DNA of 64,000 nt from an uncultured Chloroflexia bacterium (lineage in GTDB: Bacteria > Chloroflexota > Limnocylindria > QHBO01), in NCBI GenBank assembly GCA_963720505.1, contig CAVRFT010000006.1, forward strand, positions 3,781-67,780, given 5' to 3'. The translations under genes and the position numbers were made by a program. Positions 18,124 to 29,015 of this stretch are shown one piece after another. The notes beneath the pieces were generated by a model. The model did not search any database, had not been told where the DNA came from, and saw only the letters and a program-made list of their open reading frames with translations. The number at the start of each line of letters is the position of its first letter. The stretch's first letter is position 1.

Positions 18124-19622
18124 TTGACCACGATCAAGATGCCGCAGCTGGGCGAGTCAGTCACCGAGGGAACGATCGAGCGCTGGCTGGTCAAGGAAGG
18201 CGACACGGTCGAGCAGTACGACCCGCTGTTCGAGGTGGTGACCGACAAGGTCAACGCCGAGGTTCCCGCCGAGGTGGCCGGCACCATCACCAAGATCATG
18301 GTCCCCGACGGCGAGACCGTGAAGGTCGGCACGCCGCTGGCCGAGATCTCGGGCGACGGCGCGGCCGCCGCTCCGGCGGAGAAGGCCCCGGCCGAGTCGC
18401 CGCGCCGGCAGAAGCGGCGCCCGCCGAGGCAGCACCGGCGGAAGCGGAACCCGAGCCCGCGCCGGCCGCCGCGGCCGAGCAGCCGGCGGAGGCCGCACCG
18501 GAGCCTGAGGCCCGCGCGCCGCCGAGCAGGAGGCGCCGGCCGCCCAGGCCGAAGCGCCGCCGCCGGAAGCCCGCTCCGGCCGAGGCCAGCCGCTGCGCCG
18601 GCCACCGATGGCAGCGTCCGCATGACCCCGGCCGTTCGCCGCCTGGTCCGCGAGCACGACATCGACATCACCCAGCTGAAGGGCAGCGGCGCCGGCGGCC
18701 GCGTCACCCGCGAGGACGTGCTCGCGTTCGTCGAGGGTCGTGGCGCGGCAGCGGCCGCCGGCCGGACGCCGCCGGCTCCCGCCGCGGCTCCAGGCGCCTG
18801 CGCCCGCATCACCGGCCGAGGCCCCGCCCGCAGCAGCGCCGGCAGCCCCGCGCCGGCTGCCGCAGCCCGCTCCCGCCTTCACGCCGCCGGCGCGCGATCG
18901 CGGCGCCAACCGCTGGCGATGTCGAGATCCCGCTGACCCAGATGCGCAAGGGCATCGCCGCCAAGATGACGCGCGTCAAGCAGACCGTCCCCCACGCCTA
19001 CACGGTGGTGGAGGTCGACATGCACAACGTCGTCCGCTGGCGCGAGGAGAACAACGCCGCCTACAAGGCGCGCGAGGGGATCGGCCTCAGCTACGTCGCT
19101 GCCGTGGTCAAGGCGGTGACGGAGACCCTGCGGCAGCACCCGACCCTGAACAGCCAGTTCGCCGAGGACAAGGTCGTCCTGAAGCAGGCCATGAACATCG
19201 GGATCGCGGTGGCCGTCGACAACGGCCTGCTGGTGCCGGTCATCCACAACGCCGACCAGCTGTCGATCAGCGGCGTCAACCATCGGATCCAGGACCTGGC
19301 GGCCCGTGCGCGCACCAACAAGCTGAAGCTGGACGAGATCCAGGGTGGGACCTTCACGGTCAACAACACCGGCTGGTTCGGATCGGTCTCATCCATGCCG
19401 ATCATCAACGCGCCGGAGGTCGCCATCCTGTCGATGGAGGCCATCGTGAAGCGGCCGATGGTGGCGACCATCGAGGGCGAGGACGTGATCGTCATCCGCC
19501 CGATGATGAACATGACCTGCTCGTTCGACCACCGGGTGCTCGACGGCGCGCAGGTGGGCGCCTTCATGGCCGATGTCCGCAAGCGGCTGGAGGCCTGGGA
19601 CCCGGCCACGCCGATCGGCTAG
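18124..19622 (+). pseudogene. dihydrolipoamide acyltransferase (E2), frame disrupted in the Ala/Pro linkers
   Basis: TTG 18124 follows GAGGGAC. Lipoyl domain [15 protein letters not shown]...[14 protein letters not shown] domain [32 protein letters not shown]. Catalytic domain in ORF 18942..19622 (GGTFTVNNTG, DHRVLDG). Shifts near 18800 and 18890. Linker 1 is unresolved. Confidence 0.8.
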
Positions 19623-19631
19623 CGAGCCTAC

Positions 19632-20650
19632 TCAGCGCCGCGCGGCGCGCCGTCTTCGTCGCCGCGCAGGCGCCGCACGGCCGGAATCCAGGCCAGCGCG
19701 CCCGACCGTCTGCAGCGCCACCCACAGGACGACCAGCAGGCCCGGGCACGCCAACCACGGCCGCCGGCACCGACCAGGTGCCGAACCCGTCGAGCACCGT
19801 CAGCGTGCCGGGGCCGAGCGCAGATCGGATCCCGGATCGCGCGCGCGAGGCGCGGCGCCGCGACGGCTGACGATCCGCCTGCCGGCGCCCGGCTCCGGCG
19901 TCGAGTCGCCACCGAGCCGCCGGGGAGCGGCGTCGCTGGATCAGGGTAGCCGATGCGGAGGCCGACGATGACGGCGCGGGCGCTGGTCGACGGCTCGCGG
20001 ACGCTGGGCGCTGCGGTGGACGGCGGCCGTCGACGTCGGGCAGCAGGCTCGGCAGCGGTGGCAGCAGAGACGGGCAGTGCGGCGGCAGGGACATCGGGCA
20101 GCGACGGCGTCGGCGTGGACGCGCGGTGGGGTTCGGCGTGGGCGTCGGAGTCGCCGTGGCCTGGGCGTCGGCGCGGGAAGCAGCGCAGGCAGGACCGACC
20201 ACCTGGACTGGCAGGCCGACCTCGGTCAGGCCGGCTGCAATCCTGCTGCCGATGCGCATGGTTCGGCCACGGACGTCGTCCCGGCCGTCGACGGCGTGGC
20301 CTTCACCTGGAAGGTCACCGACTCGCCGATGTTCAGGCGGCCACCGCCGCTCAGGCTGCGGACCTCGACCGTGGAGCCGTTCTGCGCTCGCCGCCCAGTT
20401 GTCGCCGTTGGACGCCGTGGGGTCGCCGACCGGACTCGATCGCGAAAGATGACGGCAGGGTGACCTCCATGCAGCCGAGGTCGTCCGGCCCGGCAACGTT
20501 GGTGGCGGTCATGGTGAAGACGGTCCCCTGACCGGCGCGTCACGGTCAGCGGGCAGGACCACGAAGGTCCAGACCAGCAGTCCCGCCGCAATCTGCGGAA
20601 GGGCGGCGACTGCCAGTCGCCACGGCAACGGCTGCAAGCGCGCGACGCAT
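19632..20650 (-). pseudogene. putative membrane-anchored secreted protein (signal anchor, Ig-like region, Thr/Pro linker, C-terminal TM plus Arg tail), heavily frameshifted
   Basis: Stitched across all three minus frames: [27 protein letters not shown] / [32 protein letters not shown] / [16 protein letters not shown] / [36 protein letters not shown] ... ATATPTPTPNPT ... PGLLVVLWVALQ..RRRRRR*. No family recognised. Confidence 0.3.
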
Positions 20651-22505
20651 CAGGCCACCCACAGCTCCGGCCGCCAGAGGGCGGTGCGTCTCCTCGCCGG
20701 GCAGTGGCGCGTCCGGCGCGGTCTCGAGGCCCTCGACGAACGCCATCACCAGCCGCTCGTCGAGCTGGCTGCTCGGCGGCATCGGTCAGTCGCTTCAGCG
20801 CCTCCTCGATCGGCAGCGCCCGCCGGTAGGGACGCGTGGTGGTCATCGCCGAGAACGCGTCGGCCACGGCCAGGATGCGGGCGATCAGCGGGATCTCCTC
20901 GCCCTCGAGTCCGTCCAGATAGCCCTTCCCATCCCAGCGCTCGTGGTGGTGGCGGATGCCGGCGCGCACCTCGTCGACCCGGGCACGTCGCGGACGATCG
21001 CGTCGCCCAGCGCCACGTGCTGCTGGAAGGCGTGGTACTCGTCCGCGGTCAGCTTGTTCGGCTTGCGCAGGATCACGTCCGGGATGCCGATCTTGCCCAC
21101 GTCGTGCAGCAGGCCGGCCAGGTGGATGGTGCGACGCGTCTCCTCGTCCACGCCCACGCGCTCGGCCAGGAAGACGCGCATAGCGCGCCACGTCCTCCGA
21201 ATGGCGCTTGGTGTAGCGGTCCTTGGTGTCGACCGCGATGACCAGGCCCTGCAGGACGTCGAAGGCTGCCGGCCATGACCCGATGCTCCTCACCCAGTTG
21301 CCGCCACGCGCAGCGTGTCGCCACCGGATCGCCTTCGCCTCGCCCAGCGCCACGGCCACCACCGTCAGCAGCTCGGTCAGCGACGAGCCGTGCTCCGGGT
21401 AGCAGGCGATGCCGACGCTGGCGCTGACCGGCAGCTCCTCGGACTCGCCGAACTGAACGCTCACGGACGACAGCGCCAGCGCGAAGGCTTCGGCGATGCC
21501 GACCATCGTCTCGGCATCCGCGCCGGGCTGCACCATCAGGAACTCGTCCGGTCCGTAGCGCGCGAGCTCGTGCGCCGTCGTCGACGCCCGGCTGCAGCAC
21601 GCCGGCCACGCGGCGCAGGATCTCGTCACCCGCCTCGTGACCGTGGTTGTCGTTGAAGAGCCTGAAGTTGTCGACGTCGACGAGCGCGAGGCCGATGGAG
21701 CGGCCGGACGGCCCGCGCCGCCTCGATGTCCTCGGCCAGCGCGACCGACCACCGCCCCGTGGTTGAGGAGGCCGGTCAGCGGATCGCGCCGGGTCGCCTC
21801 CAGCAGCTGCCGCTGTTGGTGCTGATCCGAGCCTGGGCCGTCGCGGAAGACGAAGAACAGGATCGCCGGCCAGCAGCACGGCGGCAGCCAGGGTCACGAT
21901 CATGATGTCGCGGCGCGCGGCGTCGATATCGGCCAGCAGCGGCGCTGCATCGCGCCACATGGCGACCACGGCGGCCGGCTCGCCATCGGCACCCACGATC
22001 GGCAGGAACTCCTGGACCACGTTGGACGCGGGGAGGGATGCGCCTGCGGGTTGGGCGGCCTGCGGCGGTCTCGAGCAGGGCCGCGCTGGGCCGGCCGGCA
22101 AGGGCGTCGGCCATGGCGCTGCTCAGCGGGGCCTGCTCACCGGCAAGGGCTGCGTCGTCGCTGAAGAGGACCCGCCCATTGGTGCCGCGCACCTCGATGC
22201 GCAGGATGGCGTCCCTTTCGGTCAGCAACGCCAGCTGCGTGGCCAGCTCGGCAGCGCGCGTCGCCGACGGGCCACCATCGGTCAGGTCGTCCGCCTCCAG
22301 CTGACCAGCGACGAACAGCTCGACCAGCGAATGGTCGCGCCCGACCACCGCCTGCGAGCGCGGCGCTCTTGATGTGCGCGCCGGCCACCGCGACCAGGCC
22401 GCTGGCGGTGACGCCGACGAGCACGAGGAATACGCCATAGACCAGCGCGAGCAGCAGCGGTCGCCGACCGCCCAGCTGCCGCTTCGCCGTCCTGGGATGG
22501 GCCAT
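20650..22505 (-). pseudogene. membrane-bound GGDEF diguanylate cyclase fused to an HD-GYP phosphodiesterase, multiply frameshifted
   Basis: Pieces sit in four track ORFs. N-terminal TM segment (MAHPRTAKRQ..LLLALVYGVFLVLVGV). GGDEF core ([42 protein letters not shown]). HD-GYP core ([40 protein letters not shown]). A next-frame TGA overlaps the downstream ATG (TGATG at 20650). Confidence 0.7.
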
Positions 22506-22646
22506 AGGGCGGCACCGTACGGAGCCCGAGTCCCATGGTCGATAGGACGAAGGTTGCCCATCGTCCCGGGCGCATTTGAGGCCCGCTGTCAGGGCTCGGC
22601 ATGAGCCTTCTGGGCCTGGGACCCGCAACGTACTTCGGTTCGATCC

Positions 22647-23398
22647 TCAGTCCGGGCGGGCACGTGCTTCCGGTAGGCGATCCAGTCAGTCGCTCGCGAT
22701 CGGCATCTGGCAGGTACTTCGTCGCCTCGCGCATGGTCACGCCCGAGGCCCGATGCGTGCGCGGCGCCAGCCAGCGGCTGACCTCCTCCGGCCGGCGCTT
22801 GCCGACCTCGCGCAGGACCCAGCCGATGGCCTTGCGGATGAAGAACTCCTTCTCGTCGAGCATCGCGTCGGCGTAGCCCAGGAACCGATCGAGCGGCGCT
22901 CCGTGCCGAAGCGGCCGCAGCCAGGCCAGCAGGGCGGCGCGTCGGATCCAGAAGTCGTCATCGGTCGACCATCGGTCCATCACCGCGCACGGTCCGATCC
23001 GGATCGGCCGCCAGCACCGCGCCGACCACGTCGACCGCCAGGCCATCCACCAGCGCCCAGGTGAGCGACTCGCGCAGGAGGCGCTCGACTGTCGCCAGGT
23101 CGGATGCGGAGAGCAGGTCCGTTCGCATCTCGAGAAGCACCGTGGCCGCCATGCGTCGCTCGAAGACCGGGCGTGCCCAGAGCTCCTCGACCAGGGCCAG
23201 TAGCTGGTCGTGATCCAGGGCGGGGGCGGCGCGAACCGCGGCCTTGACCTCCGCCCGAATCTGCCACACGGTCGCACCCAGGAAGGTGAGATCGCTCTTG
23301 AGGTAGCGCTTCTCCTGGACCGCCCGCTCCGGCGTGCCGACCGCCGCCATGGCGCGCTCGAGGCGATCGGCCTCGCCGGCGGGCGATTCACGACTCAT
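22647..23398 (-). pseudogene. DNA alkylation repair protein (AlkD-like HEAT repeat), two frameshifts near 22984 and 22686
   Basis: RAVQEKRYLKSDLTFLGATV, then FERRMAATVLL, then DDDFWIRRAALLA, then EKEFFIRKAIGWVLRE..REATKYLP. The corrected end ...RERLLDRLPEARARPD* stops at 22647. Confidence 0.7.
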
Positions 23399-23451
23399 GC
23401 CCGAACTCTACCGGCAGCCGCTGCGGATCGACCGGGGGAACGACTTCAGGC

Positions 23452-23468
23452 ATACTGGTGGGGAGTAT
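23452..23468. promoter_or_regulatory. inverted repeat ATACT-N7(ggtgggg)-AGTAT in the alkD/copB divergent intergenic region; possible metal-regulator operator
   Basis: Sequence cATACTggtggggAGTATcc, about 30 nt upstream of the copB GTG 23496 (GGAGA Shine-Dalgarno at 23486). Confidence 0.3.
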
Positions 23469-23495
23469 CCATTCGCCGCCGCCCGGAGACTGCCC

Positions 23496-25637
23496 GTGGA
23501 CCACGACCAGCAGCACCACGACCACCACGTCCCGGCGCATCCCTCCCCAGCCGAGCCTGAGATGTCCGCCGATCACGGCGCCCACGGCGCGGCGCCACGG
23601 CGCGCACGGCGCACACGGTGGCCATGGCAGCCACGCCGGCCACGACCCCGATGCGTTCCGGCGCCAGTTCTGGATCGTCCTGGCCCTGACCATCCCGGTC
23701 GTCATCTGGAGCGCCGAGGTCCAGGAGTGGCTCGGCTACCAGGCACCCGTCTTCCCGGGCTCGGAGTGGATCCCGCCGCTGCTCGGCACGGTCATCTTCG
23801 CCTACGGCGGGCTGGTCTTCCTGAAGGGTGCGCGCGACGAGCTGCGCAACCGCCAGCCCGGCATGATGACCCTCATCTCCCTGGCGATCGTGGTCGCGTT
23901 CGCCGCGTCGTGGGCGGCGACGCTGGGCATCTTCGAGGTCGACGTGTGGTGGGAGCTGTCGACGCTCATCACCGTCATGAGCCTTGGCCACTGGATCGAG
24001 ATGCGCTCGATCATGCAGGCGCAGGGCGCCCTTTCCGCGCTGGCCGAGCTGCTGCCCGACTCGGCCGAGCGGGTGACGACGACCGGCACGGAGGTGGTGC
24101 CGCTCGAGCTCCCTGGCCGTCGGCGACGTCGTCCTGGTGCGGCCCGGCACGCGCGTGCCTGCTGATGGGACGGTGGCGGATGGCGCCGCCGATGTCGACG
24201 AATCGATGATCACCGGCGAGTCGCGCTCGGTCGCCAAGCAGGCCGGGCGATCACGTCGTGGCCGGGACCGTGGCAGCCGGCGGCAGCCTGCGGGTCCGGG
24301 TCACCGCGGTCGGCGAGCACACGGCCCTCTCCGGGATCATGCGGCTGGTCGCCGAGGCCCAGGCCTCGCAGTCGCACGCGCAGGTGCTGGCGGACCGGGC
24401 CGCCGCGCTCCTCTTCTTCGTGGCGCTCGGAGCGGGCGTGATCACGCTCGTGATCTGGACCGCGCTCGGCCAGCCCGAGGAGGCCCTGCTCCGCACGGCG
24501 ACCGTGCTGGTCATCGCCTGCCCGCACGCTCTTGGCCTGGCCATCCCGCTGGTGATCGCCATCAGCACCACGCTGGGCGCCCGCAACGGCCTGCTGGTCA
24601 AGGACCGACTGGCGCTCGAGCGCGCCCGCGAGGTCGAGGTCGTCATCTTCGACAAGACCGGCACGCTGACCCGCGGCGAGCCTGTGCTGGCCGGCATCGT
24701 GCCGGCGCCGGGCATTGGTGAGGACGACCTGCTGGCGTTGACCGCCGCCGTCGAAGCCGATTCGGAGCACCCCTTGGCCCGCGCCGTGGTGCGCGCCGCC
24801 GACGAGAGGCGACTCGCGCCGCCCAGCGCCTCGGCGTTCGAGGCGCTCGCCGGCCGGGGCGCGGCTGCGACGGTCGACGGCCGGCAGGTTCAGGTCGGCA
24901 GCTCGCGCCTGGTCGAGGAGCTTGGACTGCAGCTTCCTTCCAGCGTCGCCGAAGCCGCCGACCGGTGGTCCGATCAGGGCCGCACGGTGCTCTTCACCGT
25001 GGCGGACGGCGCCATCCACGGCGCCCTGGCGCTGGAGGACGAGATCCGACCGGAGTCGGCCGAGGCGGTCAGCCGCCTGCACGAGATGGGCCTGCGGGTG
25101 GCCATGATCAGCGGCGACGCGCAGGCCGTCGCCGACTCGGTGGCGCGGCGCATCGGCATCGACCAGACCGCCGCCCAGGTGCTGCCGGCCGACAAGGCAG
25201 CCGCCGTGCGACGCTTCCAGGAGGGAGGCGTGCGGGTGGCGATGGTCGGCGACGGGGTCAACGACGCGCCGGCGCTGGCGCAGGCCGACGTGGGGATCGC
25301 CATCGGCGCCGGCACCGATGTGGCGGTCGAATCGGCTGGCATCGTGCTGGTGCGCAGCGACCCGCGCGACGTGGCCGCGGCCATCGTCCTGAGCCGGGCG
25401 ACCTACCGCAAGATGGTCCAGAACCTGGTGTGGGCCACGGCCTACAACGCCATCGCCATCCCGGTGGCGGCAGGCCTGTTCGTCCCTCTCGGCTTTTCGC
25501 TGCCGATGAGCGTGGGCGCGCTGGTGATGAGCGTGTCGACCATCGTGGTGGCCGCCAATGCCCAGCTGCTGCGCGGACTGAAGCTGCGTCCGGACGAGCC
25601 TGCGCGAACGGCCGCCGGCGAGCCACAGCCGGCCTGA
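23496..25637 (+). pseudogene. copB: copper-translocating P1B-type ATPase, CopB-like (His-rich N-terminus, CPH motif), three frameshifts
   Basis: VDHDQQHHDHH..MSADHGAHGA|HGAHGAHGGHGSHAGH, then [32 protein letters not shown]. Frame junctions near 23592, 24108 and 24241, each consistent with one extra base. Confidence 0.85.
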
Positions 25638-25663
25638 TCTCGGCGCTGCTGACACCCCTTCGG

Positions 25664-25669
25664 TAGACT
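25664..25669 (+). promoter_or_regulatory. candidate -10 box (GGTAGACT) 6 nt upstream of the lipA GTG; leaderless-type
   Basis: Sequence ttcGGTAGACTcagcccGTG. Confidence 0.4.
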
Positions 25670-25675
25670 CAGCCC

Positions 25676-26722
25676 GTGGGCCTTCAGGACACCCCCGACT
25701 TCTCCACCCTCGGCGAGCTGACCGTCATCGGTCCGCCGCCGGGCCATGCCTCGCCCTCAGAGGTCATGTACCCCGGCGGCCCGAGCGCGGACGGCGGGCT
25801 GCTGCAACCCGGCGACCCAGTTCCCGAGAACGCTGGTCCGGGCGGACGGCGCCCGGAGTGGCTGAAGGTGCGCGTCGGGGTCGGCGAGGCGTACGCATCG
25901 GTCAACCGGCTGATGCGGGCGGAGGCCCTGCACACCGTCTGCGAGGAGGCTCGCTGTCCGAACCAGGGCGAATGCTGGGCGCTGGGCACCGCCACCTTCA
26001 TGGTGCTGGGGAGCGTCTGCACCAGAAACTGCGGCTTCTGCGCCATCGACACCGGCCGGCCGCCGGTCACCGACCTGGACGAGCCACGGCGCGTGGCGGA
26101 GGCCGCCAGGCTCATGAAGCTGAAGCACGCGGTGGTGACCATGGTCGCCCGCGACGACCTGCCCGATGGCGGGGCCGGCATCATCGCCGAGACCATCCGG
26201 CAGGTCCGGCTCACGTCGCCCGGCACCAGCATCGAGGTGCTGATCAGCGACCTGAACGGCCGCGAGGCGGACATCCGGACCGTGGTCGAGGCGCAGCCCG
26301 AGATCCTGAACCACAACGTCGAGACCGTCCCTCGCCTGCAGCGCGCCGTCCGGCGCCGCGCCCGCTGGGACCGCAGCGTGGGAGTGCTGACCACGGGACG
26401 GGCAGCCGCGCGAGCGATCGGCTTCGACGAGATGGTGACCAAGACCGGCCTGATGCTCGGCCTGGGCGAGTCGTGGGACGAGGTGCTCGAGGCGATGCGC
26501 CTGCTGCGGGAGGCGGACGTGGACGTGCTGACCATCGGCCAATACCTGCGCCCCAGTCGCCAGCACCTGCCGCTGCACAAGTACTACACCCCCGCGGAGT
26601 TCATGAGCCTGCGGCGCATCGGGCTGGAGATGGGCTTCGCCCACGTCCAGTCGGGGCCCTTGGTCCGTTCCAGCTACCACGCCGCCGAGCAGGTGCCCGG
26701 CCAGGCCGCGGCGGCTGTCTGA
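25676..26722 (+). CDS. lipA: lipoyl synthase (radical SAM)
   Basis: Intact ORF with EARCPNQGECW and CTRNCGFCAI cysteine clusters and the ...SGPLVRSSYHA tail. The N-terminal extension makes the start uncertain. Confidence 0.9.
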   Translation: MGLQDTPDFSTLGELTVIGPPPGHASPSEVMYPGGPSADGGLLQPGDPVPENAGPGGRRPEWLKVRVGVGEAYASVNRLMRAEALHTVCEEARCPNQGECWALGTATFMVLGSVCTRNCGFCAIDTGRPPVTDLDEPRRVAEAARLMKLKHAVVTMVARDDLPDGGAGIIAETIRQVRLTSPGTSIEVLISDLNGREADIRTVVEAQPEILNHNVETVPRLQRAVRRRARWDRSVGVLTTGRAAARAIGFDEMVTKTGLMLGLGESWDEVLEAMRLLREADVDVLTIGQYLRPSRQHLPLHKYYTPAEFMSLRRIGLEMGFAHVQSGPLVRSSYHAAEQVPGQAAAAV

Positions 26723-26749
26723 CACGCCGCGCCAAGTCCGACCCACCTC

Positions 26750-27562
26750 ATGACCACCATGCGTGACATCAGCGTCGCCCCATCCACGGATGAGACCCGA
26801 CACCTGCGCCGGCCGCGGCGCGACCTCCCCTTCACGCCCGCCAGTGACGCGCGACCCCTCATGGCCGCGCATGGCGGGATCCTGACCGTCGAGCGGCTGG
26901 GGACCGTCCCCTATCGGCCGACCTGGGAGCTGCAGGACGAGCTGGCCGACCAGCGGCGCCGCCGCCGAATCGGCGACCGGCTGCTGCTGCTCGAGCACTT
27001 CCCGGTCTACACCATCGGTCGCGGCGGCGATGAGGCGAACCTGCTGGCCGGTCCCGATCGCCTGCGCGACCTTGGCGCCGAATTCGTGCGCATCGATCGT
27101 GGCGGCGACATCACCTTCCACGGGCCGGGCCAGCTGGTCGCCTACCCCATCGTCGAGCTGCGCGACCCGCTCGACCTGCGCCGCTACGTCCGCAGCCTGG
27201 AGGCGGCCATCATCGAGACCGCCGCCGCCTTCGGCGTGACCGCCGGCCGCATCGAGGCCCTGACCGGAGTCTGGGTCGCCGATCAGCGCAAGCTGGCCGC
27301 CATCGGCGTGCGGGTGCGACGCGGCGTGACCACCCACGGCCTGGCCCTGAACGTGAACACCACGCTGGCCTGGTTCGACGAGATGGTCCCGTGCGGCATC
27401 CGCGACAAGGAGGTCACCAGCCTGGCCCGCGAGCTCGGCCATCCGGTGCCGATGGAGGCGGTCGAAGATGCGCTGGCCGTCGCGCTGGCCCGCGCATTCG
27501 GCCTGCGCCTGGCGGATGGGGCACCGGGCGTGGCTGGGCCGGCGGGCGCGACCGAGCAATGA
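26750..27562 (+). CDS. lipB: lipoyl(octanoyl) transferase
   Basis: Intact ORF with [37 protein letters not shown] and [22 protein letters not shown]. Confidence 0.9.
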   Translation: MTTMRDISVAPSTDETRHLRRPRRDLPFTPASDARPLMAAHGGILTVERLGTVPYRPTWELQDELADQRRRRRIGDRLLLLEHFPVYTIGRGGDEANLLAGPDRLRDLGAEFVRIDRGGDITFHGPGQLVAYPIVELRDPLDLRRYVRSLEAAIIETAAAFGVTAGRIEALTGVWVADQRKLAAIGVRVRRGVTTHGLALNVNTTLAWFDEMVPCGIRDKEVTSLARELGHPVPMEAVEDALAVALARAFGLRLADGAPGVAGPAGATEQ

Positions 27563-28255
27563 GGGACGGTGCGCCCATCGTCGAGCGCGGCCAGGGAGCG
27601 GCCGACCACGCGCCCCGGATCGAGGTCGGCGCCTTTCCGCCGTGGGACACCAACGCGTACCTGGTCTGGGACGGTTCCTCGCCCGAGGCGCTGATTCTCG
27701 ACCCCGGCATGAGCTCGACGGCCAGTCTCGTGGAGCGCGCCGCCGCCAACCAGCTGCGCGTGCAACTGATCGCCAACTCGCACGGTCACATCGATCACAT
27801 CTACGACAACGGCCCGCTGAAGCGCGCCACCGGCGCCCCGCTGGCCATCCATCCGGAGGACGCGTATCGCCTGGACGGCCGCAACAACTACGGGCTCGAG
27901 ATCGAACGCGTCACCTCAGAGCGCGAGCTGCGCGAGGGAGATCGCGTCGAGGTGGGCACCCTGTCGTTCCAGGTGCTGCACACGCCCGGGCACACGGAGG
28001 GATCGGTCTGCCTGTATGAGCCGACGCACCGGCTGCTGCTGGCCGGTGACGTGCTGTTCGCCGGCTCCTTCGGCCGCACCGACCTGCCGGGCGGTGACGA
28101 CGCGGCCATGGTCGACGTCGCTGGCCAGGCTGGCACGCGACCTGCGAGACGAGGTGCGGGTGCTGCCCGGCCATGGTCCGGAGACGACGATCGGGCGGGA
28201 GCGGCCCTGGATGGAGCGCATCGCCGCCGCCGGGAGGCTGCTGGTCCCCGGCTGA
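27559..28255 (+). pseudogene. MBL-fold metallo-hydrolase (GloB-like), frameshifted near 28117
   Basis: ATGA overlap with lipB. Motifs NSHGHIDH and TPGHTEGSV, then DVLFAGSFGRTDLPGGD, then ..MVD|SLARLARDLRDEVRVLPGHGPETTIG. Confidence 0.75.
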
Positions 28256-28308
28256 CCTGCCGACATATCGGTCTAGCATTCAACACAGCAGGAGGTGCTG
28301 AACGACAG

Positions 28309-29014
28309 ATGGCCAAGCTGAGGATCACCAGGCTCGGGCACGGCGGAGTCCTGTACCGATCGCCGGGCGACAAGTGGGTGCTGGGTGGACCGATGGACCG
28401 GCGCCCCGACCTACGCCGACTCCTACCGAACCGCCGAGCAGGTCGACGTGGTGGCGCCGACCCACGGCCATTTCGATCACGTGGGTGACGACGCCGCCGA
28501 CGTGGTGGAGCTGGCGCGGGCCGGCGGCACGGTCGTCGGCTCGCACGAGATGAGCCTGTACCTTGGCGAGAAAGGCGTCGAGGCGGTCGGCATGAACAAG
28601 GGCGGAACATTCGAGGCCGCCGGCATTCGCTTCACCATGGTCCATGCCGAACATTCCGGGGCCGTGACGCTGACCGGAGGCGGCCCCACCAGTCGCGAGG
28701 TCGGCTGCTGGGGCTGGGTCATCCACTTCGAGGACGGCACCTGCCTCTATCACACCGGCGACACCGACCTGTTCGGCGACATGGCGCTGGTCCGCGAGCG
28801 CTGGTCGCCGTCGATTGCCGTCCTGCCGATTGGCGGGCACTACACCATGGGGCCGTCGGACGCCGCTCGCGCGGTTGGCCTGATTGGCGCCCACACCGTG
28901 ATCCCCGTGCACTACGGCACGTTCCCCATCCTGGCCGGCACGCCTGACGCGCTGGCCGCCGAAACATCGGCTCACGTGGTAGCGCTGGAGCCGGGTGAGA
29001 CTTGGGAGGCATGA
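28309..29014 (+). pseudogene. UPF0173-type metal-dependent hydrolase (MBL fold), frameshifted near 28384
   Basis: MAKLRITRLGHGGVLYRSPGDKWVL|VDRWTGAP..., then THGHFDHVGD and IPVHYGTFP. An AGGAGG sequence lies upstream. Confidence 0.7.
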
Positions 29015-29015
29015 C

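Noticed and set aside
18360-18600. Calling three specific single-base deletions in the first E2 linker
   Set aside because: The plausible Ala/Pro/Glu segments appear in the frame order 1,0,2,1. That order would need deletions, or six insertions, in 230 nt, unlike the rest of the window. Low-complexity sequence makes any path unreliable, so the linker is left unresolved.
20546-20782. 78-aa minus ORF read as an independent gene
   Set aside because: It is a chimera of the HD-GYP C-terminal region and the first codons of the downstream surface-protein gene, read through in one frame. The shifted frame gives a TGATG stop/start junction at 20650.
22634-22660. tRNA-like T-arm string ggttcgatcctc, as a possible tRNA fragment or att site
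   Set aside because: The flanking bases do not form a T stem (cttcg versus ctcag) and no acceptor or anticodon arms can be drawn. The string lies just downstream of the corrected AlkD-like stop (22647), inside its out-of-frame run-on ORF.
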